Virus record (IMG/VR): IMGVR_UViG_3300025282_000208
Span: 1 to 26,109 of that record
Length of the DNA stretch: 26,109 bases
From: a virus
Taxonomy: Duplodnaviria; Caudoviricetes
Direction: 5' to 3' (one strand)
Position 1 is the stretch's first letter; each line of letters begins with the position of its first letter. A program made the position numbers and the translations under genes. The notes under the pieces were generated by a model. It did no database searches. It was not told the origin of the DNA and saw only the letters and a list, made by a program, of their open reading frames with translations. Shown one piece after another: positions 8,671-16,242 of the stretch.

Positions 8671-9600
8671 ATGACACTGACGTTAGGACAACTTAGAAGT
8701 CACGTTCAACTTGCAGTTGGTGGTGATCCATCGACTGCACCCGGCATGACTGTGCCCGAACGCACAGCGCAACTCATAAACAACGCAGGCGAGCATCTTA
8801 TGTCACGCAACTGGCGATGGCGAGAGCGTACGTCTACCGTGGTGGCAAGTACGGCTAGCCAGGACTACCTAGCACTGCCGGCTGACTGTGGGGAGATACT
8901 GACAATCGAACCAAAGAACTCATGGTCTGCATCACTTCAGTTCGTTGATCCGGCAACATTTGAGAAAATCTCGACAGAGGGTATTGAGCCTGAGTTGAGT
9001 TACATTGTGACATTGGTGTTCTATAACTTAAACGATGTAGCAACTCCAAGGCTAGACATATACCCAACACCTTCGAGTACTGATGCTACGGCATTCAACA
9101 TTCGTTACAGGTCACAGTGGGTGTCACTGAACAATGCCAGCAACGTAGACGGAACAGATGATGAAGTTAATCTGGGTGTGTCTCACACTGCGATACCACA
9201 GTATGTCGAGGCTTTGTTACTTGAGTACATCCGTGCCTTTTCGGAAGGCGGGGAAGACGGAACTACCCAGCAACGTCTGGCACTGGTAGACAGTGGCATC
9301 TTGCTTGACCAGGCACTCCGTAAAGATGGAACATTCCAACCAGATTATGGTTCATTGCCAGCGGCAGGATTCAGGGGGTTGGGTCAGTCGTACGCAGCAG
9401 GCACGGTGTCTGCCCCAGCGGCAAGCACAATAGTATGGATGGGCACATGGACCGCATCTACAACATATGCCGTGAATGACCTTGTCCATTGGGGCGTGGC
9501 ACAGGAAGGTGATGGCAGTTCACGGATATGCATAAAGGCGGCTTCTGGTAATTCTGAGAGCCCCGATTACGCTGATTTTTGGGATCTATTCTCCATATAG
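8671..9600 (+). CDS. Head-tail adaptor (tail tubular protein A-like) with C-terminal CBM5/12-like extension
   Basis: MTL.QLR..V start, INNA...L....W.W, Y.LPAD and LDIYPTP motifs of podovirus adaptors. C-terminal W.GTW..STTY.VNDLV...ICIKA...P....FW module. Confidence 0.75.
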   Translation: MTLTLGQLRSHVQLAVGGDPSTAPGMTVPERTAQLINNAGEHLMSRNWRWRERTSTVVASTASQDYLALPADCGEILTIEPKNSWSASLQFVDPATFEKISTEGIEPELSYIVTLVFYNLNDVATPRLDIYPTPSSTDATAFNIRYRSQWVSLNNASNVDGTDDEVNLGVSHTAIPQYVEALLLEYIRAFSEGGEDGTTQQRLALVDSGILLDQALRKDGTFQPDYGSLPAAGFRGLGQSYAAGTVSAPAASTIVWMGTWTASTTYAVNDLVHWGVAQEGDGSSRICIKAASGNSESPDYADFWDLFSI

Positions 9601-9609
9601 GAATAACAC

Positions 9610-10956
9610 ATGGCTACACAGATACAACTTCGACAAGACACGCAAGCAGCTTGGGACAGCGCAACCGTTACGCCAGCACAGGGTGAGGTGTGCCTTGTGT
9701 ATGACACTTCAGACACAGACAAGTTGATTGGTTTGAAGATTGGTGACGGAACAACAGAATGGGAATTAATCCCGTTTCATGTCCCAGTGTTAAGCGGTAT
9801 ACCCAACATATTAGAAGAGGACACTTCGACAGCCAATCAGCCTATAGGTGGAACAGGTAGTGCAAACGATGTCACTACGTTCTTGCTAAAAGGGCTGAGT
9901 GGACAGGATGCAGCAGTGTTTGGAATTGAAGAAGCAGGCGCTGGTACAGACCTTGTCCTCTCGATAGACAAAACGGGCGACATTACAGCATCCGCTGGCG
10001 TTAATGTCAGTGGTGGTTACGATGCGACGAACGATGCGTATGGGATAACAATAGACACGAACGGGAATGTCCAAACCAACACTGGTATTGAGTCAGGCGA
10101 TTACGATGCAGACTGCACCACGGGTGGCGTGTTGTTGTCCACGGATGTACCTGTATCACCTGATGGCACAGAGCCTAAGTATGGCAAGTTGTCTATCAGT
10201 GCCATGAGCACCACAGACGACACAGACAATGTTATCGAGGTCAGAAACAACGACGAAGAGGTGTTTGTTGTTGATGCGGATGGTGACATCGACAAGGTGA
10301 AGAACATTGACTCGACAGGTGCAATCACGACGACTGGTTTGGTGACATGTGCGGGTATAACCAACAGCGACGCGGTCATCGACGCGGGTACACAAAAGGT
10401 GACAAATGTGACTGACCCGACTGCGGGGAGTCAAGAAGCCGCCACCGCCAATTATGTGGAAACTGTAGTAAGCCAGAATGGGTGGGAATTACTAGGACAT
10501 CAGAGCCTTGATGGTGTAGCTTTCGGAACTGTCTACCTAGCAATCGACGACGCGGGGTCTAGAGAAGATTTTGCAGATGTTTATAGTGGATTCAGGATGG
10601 TGTTTTCAAATACGAACGCTCGAGCCCATCCCTACTCTGGGTTCTCTATAAGTTTTAATTGTGTGCGAGGCGGGGCTGCAACTGTAGTACACACCAGCAG
10701 CTTACAAAGGGCTGACTTGACTGACTCTGAAACGGACCTTCTTGTAGAAATAGATTGCACTCAAAACCACGCAGATGGCGTATATTTGATTAAAGTTCTC
10801 GAAAAAAGGTACGGTTTAGCTATCACATCTTCAATCGACGACTTAGCAAAAAACGGAACTTTCATAAAAAACTTCTCTTTTACAGGACCGGGTAGTGTGA
10901 GTCAAGCTGTTGGTGGCGAAGTCACACTATACGGGTTAAGACACGCTACATCATAA
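9610..10956 (+). CDS. Tail fibre / receptor-binding protein with Mtd_N-like N-terminus
   Basis: IQLRQDTQAAW...PAQGE...DT...KIGDGTTEW..IPF matches the major tropism determinant N-terminal domain pattern. KVTNVTDPT..EAAT.NYV is a fibre neck motif. The C-terminal head runs W.LL...Y..F.MVF...G.VTLYG. Confidence 0.8.
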   Translation: MATQIQLRQDTQAAWDSATVTPAQGEVCLVYDTSDTDKLIGLKIGDGTTEWELIPFHVPVLSGIPNILEEDTSTANQPIGGTGSANDVTTFLLKGLSGQDAAVFGIEEAGAGTDLVLSIDKTGDITASAGVNVSGGYDATNDAYGITIDTNGNVQTNTGIESGDYDADCTTGGVLLSTDVPVSPDGTEPKYGKLSISAMSTTDDTDNVIEVRNNDEEVFVVDADGDIDKVKNIDSTGAITTTGLVTCAGITNSDAVIDAGTQKVTNVTDPTAGSQEAATANYVETVVSQNGWELLGHQSLDGVAFGTVYLAIDDAGSREDFADVYSGFRMVFSNTNARAHPYSGFSISFNCVRGGAATVVHTSSLQRADLTDSETDLLVEIDCTQNHADGVYLIKVLEKRYGLAITSSIDDLAKNGTFIKNFSFTGPGSVSQAVGGEVTLYGLRHATS

Positions 10957-13900
10957 TGCCAACTGTAACACTACCCATCCCGATTAACGGTTACTCCGAC
11001 AGTCTGAATCATCAGCACGGAGCAGATGGGTTTGTCACATCCGCGATGAATGTCGTGCCATCCGATAATTGGGAACACCGTAGACGTATAGGTACACGGC
11101 AAGGTTTCCAAGCAATTGCAGATATGGGTGTAGGAAATGATGAGAACATACAGTTACTGTTGACATATGAAGTGTACAGAGACACACAGATGGTACAGGA
11201 GGTGCTCATCGTCTCTGGCGGGAACATGTACTATGTTGACGGTAGTGGCGACACAAACGCGATCGCGTATGCATCGGACACCGCGGGTGAGGCGACTGTG
11301 ACATTTAACGGTTTGCCTGTCATAGATGAAACGATTAAACTGACATCAGACACAGGCACAGAGAAGACGTACACCGTAAAACTAGAGGAAGACTTGGCAA
11401 ACAACCAGTTTTCGTATGCAGATGCAGAGGCGACGACAACAATAAATTTTGTTGACAGTACAGTGGCTGAGGACGAAACAATAACAATCGTTTCAGCAGA
11501 TGGAACTTCGATTGTATACACCGCGAAAGCTTTAGAAAACACAAACGCGAACGAGTTCGACCAGAGTGACTCAGACGTAGCAACGGCTACCTCGCTGTAT
11601 AACTGCCTTGTGGACCAAGATAACTCGCCTCTTCACTATGGCAAGATAACAGTGGAAGATGATACAGCAGGAGTATTGACACTGACGCAGGATGTAAATG
11701 GTACTACGGGGAACACGACAGTCACATCGACACTTACAGGCGTGACAACCCCAGACTTTACTGGTGGTACTGATACCAAGACAGCGGCATCTGCTTCTCT
11801 CAAAGACTGCATCGAACACACATCTGGACACAACGGAGAGATAACAGTGGCAGACGCAACTGGTGTGTTGACACTGACACAGGAGAACAACGGCTCTGTT
11901 GGGAACACTGCGGTAACTTCAACACTCACAAATGTTGTAAAGACTAACTTTCTTGGCGGAGGCTCGGTGAGTGCGGCACAACAAATTACAGATTACGACA
12001 CCGTACGTGGCATCCAATTCGGAACGAATGTCTACCTGGTCAACGGGAAGTATTATCTGAAGATAGACATGGCAGCGTCAACCCCTGTGTGCGAAGAGTG
12101 GGCAGAGGTAAGTGACACAGTGCCGTTTGCCGGGTTACCAGAGGACACGACCACCAATGACAAATGTACGCTCATAACACGCTTTGGAGGCAGAGTTGTA
12201 CTGTCGGGTCTAGCAACAAGTAGGAACAACTGGTTCATGTCTCGTATAGGTGATGCCGACGATTGGTCATATTTGGCGAATCAGTCCGCAGGCCCACAGG
12301 CAGGAGACGCATCTACGGACTTTGGCTTGCTTGGTGAACCTATTGTTGCCATGTTTCCATTTGGTGAATCTGGTTTAATGATGGCGAGCCGCAACACGTT
12401 GACATACCTAACCGCAGACCCTGTGGTAAGTGGTGCACAGTTTATCAAGATGAGTAACGGCGTTGGAGTGATGGGTGCAGACGCATGGTGTCAAGGTGCT
12501 GAGAAGTCTTGCTACATTGCAGGTGCAGATGGCGTGTATATGATCCAGCCAAACCAATTCAACATACAACGTGGACAAAGTATGACAACCGGTAGGCTTG
12601 ACGGGTTCTTCTCCTCCGTCAACCCTTCAGAAATTGATCTAAGGCTTGCGTTTGACCCAGCGAGGCAAACAGTGTTCATGTTTGTAAATAGACCAAATGA
12701 CCCAACTGGAATGGTTCACTATCAACACCATATCCCAACACAGTCATGGTGGACATTTACATTGACAGACAGTCGTATGGACATACTCAAATCTTATTGC
12801 CTATATCAACCAACAACTGGGGAACGCGCGGGTCTGTGGTTTGGGATGAAGTCCGGTCGTATCGCGGTACAGTCAGCAACAGGCGTGGTGTCTACAGACG
12901 GGGACGCACACAGCGATCCGTTGCGAACACTCGGAGACAACTCCCCAGATGCGAACTCTACCGTGTTCACGAGCAGGCTTGCCTGGTCACCGATCAACGC
13001 AGGGCTTCCTAATGAAAGACTTTTAATGACCGAGCTGGACGTGTTGCTAGACAACCATGATTTTCCAGCACCCGCAGGGGTGACAGTTTCTGGACCTACG
13101 CTATCACTGTACGGTGCGGACATGGCACAAACCTTGTCTGGATTAAGCGGTGACATACTTGTAACAGAGACAAGAAGTACGATTGATGGAGGAACATCTG
13201 CTGCGACATCTGATTTAATAGATGGGGGCACAGCAGTAACACTTGGATCTATTGGATACTCGTTGCGTGGAACAACATCCTTGTCGGTAGTCGATACAGA
13301 TATTGATAATCTAGATGGAAAGACTCTTGTCCTGCAAGACTTGGTGGATGGAGCGGCGGGCAACATAGTGACGTTGCAGTTTGACAAGACTATAGGTGTT
13401 GCATCTACTAGCGCGACGAAAGTGGGCATAGCAGATGTGAATGGTAGTGCACTTGGGATACTCCGTTCAATCAAGGCAGGCATAGATATAAACCAATCAG
13501 AAGGTCTATTGCTAATAACAGCAGAAGACCCAGATCTGAGTTCTGACACGGTCCTGCTTCGATACGATGGTGATGGGGAGGCTACAACCACACCTTCAGG
13601 AACATCCATATCAACGTATATAAGTTGCCCGGTATTCTCTGGTGCAGAAAACAACGAGTTCATCAAGGGCGGGCGCGCGAGTAGCGTCAGTGGTACATAC
13701 ACATTGTCAGATGTTGCTGCAACAGAGTCAAGGAGACAGTGGAATTTTGGCGGTACATACACAGTAAGACGTGGTGGAACTGCTGCAGGTGGCGGAGACC
13801 CGCCGCAATACGATAATTATTGGGGTGTTTATGAACAGGGTGCTACAGTACCTGAATACATAGCATCTTCAATTACAGACACCGTTCCGGAGTCAGCAAT

Positions 13901-14153
13901 GGCTAGTGTAGAAATAGAGCCAGCAGGCTTTACAGAAAGCACAAGCGTGGTAGACACACAACAGGACAATACACAAAAGAGGCTATTGCAAAGTTGGTCG
14001 CTACTGGCTGGCCGTAACAATCGGTTCAGGGTACGCAAACGAGAGAGTGACTTTCAAATACAAATATCGGCATCTGGAACAACTTGGGTGTTGGAAGACA
14101 TCGCAGCAAGCATAGAGCAGGGCGGTCCATACCGTTCCGTAATAGCATCGTGA
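10956..14153 (+). CDS. Tail nozzle (tail tubular protein B / P22 gp10-like) with large inserted domains, 1065 aa
   Basis: NV.P...RRIGTRQG start, beta-propeller-type motifs (RFGGRVVLSG, WFMSRIGDADDW, YIAGADGVY, AFDP) and C-terminal FRVR..DFQIQIS. Position before ejection genes. Confidence 0.75.
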   Translation: MPTVTLPIPINGYSDSLNHQHGADGFVTSAMNVVPSDNWEHRRRIGTRQGFQAIADMGVGNDENIQLLLTYEVYRDTQMVQEVLIVSGGNMYYVDGSGDTNAIAYASDTAGEATVTFNGLPVIDETIKLTSDTGTEKTYTVKLEEDLANNQFSYADAEATTTINFVDSTVAEDETITIVSADGTSIVYTAKALENTNANEFDQSDSDVATATSLYNCLVDQDNSPLHYGKITVEDDTAGVLTLTQDVNGTTGNTTVTSTLTGVTTPDFTGGTDTKTAASASLKDCIEHTSGHNGEITVADATGVLTLTQENNGSVGNTAVTSTLTNVVKTNFLGGGSVSAAQQITDYDTVRGIQFGTNVYLVNGKYYLKIDMAASTPVCEEWAEVSDTVPFAGLPEDTTTNDKCTLITRFGGRVVLSGLATSRNNWFMSRIGDADDWSYLANQSAGPQAGDASTDFGLLGEPIVAMFPFGESGLMMASRNTLTYLTADPVVSGAQFIKMSNGVGVMGADAWCQGAEKSCYIAGADGVYMIQPNQFNIQRGQSMTTGRLDGFFSSVNPSEIDLRLAFDPARQTVFMFVNRPNDPTGMVHYQHHIPTQSWWTFTLTDSRMDILKSYCLYQPTTGERAGLWFGMKSGRIAVQSATGVVSTDGDAHSDPLRTLGDNSPDANSTVFTSRLAWSPINAGLPNERLLMTELDVLLDNHDFPAPAGVTVSGPTLSLYGADMAQTLSGLSGDILVTETRSTIDGGTSAATSDLIDGGTAVTLGSIGYSLRGTTSLSVVDTDIDNLDGKTLVLQDLVDGAAGNIVTLQFDKTIGVASTSATKVGIADVNGSALGILRSIKAGIDINQSEGLLLITAEDPDLSSDTVLLRYDGDGEATTTPSGTSISTYISCPVFSGAENNEFIKGGRASSVSGTYTLSDVAATESRRQWNFGGTYTVRRGGTAAGGGDPPQYDNYWGVYEQGATVPEYIASSITDTVPESAMASVEIEPAGFTESTSVVDTQQDNTQKRLLQSWSLLAGRNNRFRVRKRESDFQIQISASGTTWVLEDIAASIEQGGPYRSVIAS

Positions 14154-14161
14154 GGATAACT

Positions 14162-14974
14162 ATGAAACGATTTATACACATCATTAGAAAAGTAGCACCA
14201 GTTGTAGGCTTTGCGCTACTCTTTGTTGCAATAAAAAGTCTGTTTGACGGCGACGACACGTTAATGCAGTATGCCATCTTTGGTGCTATTGGAGGGTTTT
14301 TTGGGGGAGATGAAATAGGCGACGAGATTGCTGCGCAACAACAATATGTCATGGGGCCATGGAATCAGGCATGGGACGATTTGTTTGGTGAAGGTGGCAT
14401 GCAAGAGCAGGCCATCGGTGATTACCAATCTCAGTTCCAAGGGTTGATAGATTTCTTTGATACGGGCGCGATGCAGATGAAAGAGGAGATGGCCCGCTAT
14501 CAAGCAGAGGAGATGGAGTATTTGGGCGTGGGTAAACAAGCGTCACTACAACGGGTAGGGCAACAGTTCGAGCAAATGCGTGGGGAGACGACGGCACAAA
14601 ACATCATGCAGGGTCTATCTAATACCAGTTGGGGTCAACAGTCTATGGGTGCTTTAGGAGAGCAACAAGGGCTGGCTGAGGCGGGAATTGAGACAGGATA
14701 TGCTCAGGCATTTGCTGAAACAACGAATCGCCAAGCCATGCAAATGGCACAGTTGGATCAGTGGCGTATAGGCGGTGGCTCGGACTATAGAGCTGCCTAC
14801 GCAGGAGGGCTGGCACAATTAAGAGGAAATTGGGCAAACCGTAGGGTGGACGTGGAACAGATTGGTGCAGGATTGCGTGGCGGTTGGGCAGAGAGAAACA
14901 TAGAGCATACAGAAAGAAATGTAGGTGTAGGCATGGGCTTCGTTGGTAATCTACTGGGTAACTTCGGATTCTAA
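14162..14974 (+). CDS. Putative ejection/pilot protein (P22 gp7 / T7 gp14 position), 270 aa
   Basis: Start reassigned to ATG 14162 (SD GAGGA). Gln/Gly/Ala/Met-rich helical body, hydrophobic Gly-rich N- and C-termini, directly after nozzle. Confidence 0.65.
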   Translation: MKRFIHIIRKVAPVVGFALLFVAIKSLFDGDDTLMQYAIFGAIGGFFGGDEIGDEIAAQQQYVMGPWNQAWDDLFGEGGMQEQAIGDYQSQFQGLIDFFDTGAMQMKEEMARYQAEEMEYLGVGKQASLQRVGQQFEQMRGETTAQNIMQGLSNTSWGQQSMGALGEQQGLAEAGIETGYAQAFAETTNRQAMQMAQLDQWRIGGGSDYRAAYAGGLAQLRGNWANRRVDVEQIGAGLRGGWAERNIEHTERNVGVGMGFVGNLLGNFGF

Positions 14975-14975
14975 T

Positions 14976-15194
14976 ATGACACCAAACAAACAATCAGAAT
15001 CATGGGAAAAGGATGCGAACCTCGTACTCCACAGGTTAAATACAATAGATGATGAACTCAAGAACATCGACAGTAGGTTGCGACATATTGAAAAAAGTGT
15101 ATGGGTTTTACAGGCAAAAGCAGCAATCATCGGTGGGATTGCTGGTATGGTGACAGGAATATTAAGCCTATTCATCAGGGGGGGAGTGGGATGA
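14976..15194 (+). CDS. Small coiled-coil + C-terminal TM protein (XhlA-like / holin-like), 72 aa
   Basis: Heptads RLNTIDDELKNIDSRLRHIE followed by hydrophobic AAIIGGIAGMVTGILSLFI. Start reassigned to ATG 14976. Confidence 0.6.
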   Translation: MTPNKQSESWEKDANLVLHRLNTIDDELKNIDSRLRHIEKSVWVLQAKAAIIGGIAGMVTGILSLFIRGGVG

Positions 15195-15715
15195 CAAGAT
15201 TGCTCTTTCTCTTTTTGGTTCTAATGGCGGGTGGATGCTCGTCGGTAGAACGTATAGGTGCAGATACTCAGGGGATACGTGAGTCTGCTACCTTGACAAT
15301 AGATCACCTCGAAGTTATCAAAGAAACAGATGACTTCGGGGTGGTCGAGGTCGAAGCCGATGTAGCCATCGCATACCAGGAAGATATACTTGATTACACA
15401 GACGACATATTCCTGACGTTACCGAATGTGCGTGACGCTACTCCATGGTGGGCAAACCTAATCAACCGAGTGGTTGTTGCTGCCTCCATACTTGGTGTCG
15501 TGTTTCTAATCTGGCATCTAGGGATAGGACACTTGATAAAGAGAATTTTCTGGGCTATTGGATGGTTCATCCCCTCTGGCGCGATGCGTTCAGCAGAGAT
15601 GGATTTGAAGATAGAGAATGAAAAAGTTACACCGTCTGAGGCAACTGCTGCCCGCCGAAGCGGTGACCCAGCGTATGAGGCAGCGAGAACTAAGTTAAAG
15701 AAACGGAGTTATTGA
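15191..15715 (+). CDS. Lipoprotein with additional internal TM helix (u-spanin-like topology), 174 aa
   Basis: Start reassigned to ATG 15191 (ATGA overlap, SD GGGGAG). Signal MTRLLFLFLVLMAGG-C16, second hydrophobic segment VVVAASILGVVFLIWHLGI. Confidence 0.6.
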   Translation: MTRLLFLFLVLMAGGCSSVERIGADTQGIRESATLTIDHLEVIKETDDFGVVEVEADVAIAYQEDILDYTDDIFLTLPNVRDATPWWANLINRVVVAASILGVVFLIWHLGIGHLIKRIFWAIGWFIPSGAMRSAEMDLKIENEKVTPSEATAARRSGDPAYEAARTKLKKRSY

Positions 15716-15716
15716 C

Positions 15717-15845
15717 ATGTTGGTATTAGCAAGTTTAAGTGGTTTTTTCGGTACTATATGGTGGACAGCCTTGATAGCGGCGGTTTCATTTGCGGCGGGC
15801 GTTGCAATGAGTTCCTACATCAAGTCATTCTTGAATAGAGGTTAA
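15717..15845 (+). CDS. 42-aa hydrophobic membrane peptide (MLVLASLSGFFGTIWWTALIAAVSFAAGVAMSSYIKSFLNRG), not in ORF track
   Basis: Hand translation. SD GGAG upstream, exactly fills the gap between 15715 and 15848, one long TM segment with a basic C-terminus. Confidence 0.75.
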   Translation: MLVLASLSGFFGTIWWTALIAAVSFAAGVAMSSYIKSFLNRG

Positions 15846-15847
15846 TT

Positions 15848-16225
15848 ATGGGTTGGGCTGATATAGCAGGCGCTGTCGGAAGCGCCGCGAAAACGACATT
15901 GTTGACTGCTCCTGAGACACCAGACGCTCAGAAGGCGTTGTTCTTAGGCGAAGAGGAAGCGAACAGAAAGCGTGAAAATGAAATAGCGAAAGAACAACGT
16001 GCTGCAGAAGCGGCACAGAAGAAGATTGAAGATCGAACAGCGAAAAATGATCTCGAAGTGCGAAATAAGTTGAGTCAAATGATAGTTAATCCTGGTGAGA
16101 TAAAAATTACAACACCTACTGGAGTGGCAGAATTAGAGTATTGGGCAGCAGGAAATAGACCAGGGCGGTTTGGTTTTGGGGGTCAACCTACGCAGCAGGC
16201 CCCGCCACAACGGATGGGCTTTTAG
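15848..16225 (+). CDS. Putative small internal virion/ejection protein (125 aa)
   Basis: SD GAGG. Amphipathic MGWADIAGAVGSAA start, charged coiled coil and Q/P tail; inferred from synteny. Confidence 0.55.
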   Translation: MGWADIAGAVGSAAKTTLLTAPETPDAQKALFLGEEEANRKRENEIAKEQRAAEAAQKKIEDRTAKNDLEVRNKLSQMIVNPGEIKITTPTGVAELEYWAAGNRPGRFGFGGQPTQQAPPQRMGF

Positions 16226-16242
16226 GCAATGGAGTTAGAATT

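Noticed and set aside
9610-10956. Diversity-generating retroelement suggested by the Mtd_N domain
   Set aside because: No reverse transcriptase and no template/variable repeat pair seen in the window. Mtd_N is only an anchor domain, and the C-terminus does not look like a C-type lectin VR. A DGR elsewhere in the genome cannot be excluded.
12806-13762. 318-aa minus-strand ORF and the many other antisense ORFs in the track
   Set aside because: They lie fully opposite well-supported + strand genes and are S/V/P-rich mirror translations expected from codon bias; no motifs or SD.
15717-15845. Host assignment (e.g. Planctomycetota) from the M-x-x-L-A start of the membrane peptide
   Set aside because: Too weak to support from sequence alone; the lipoprotein+TM topology only hints at a diderm host.
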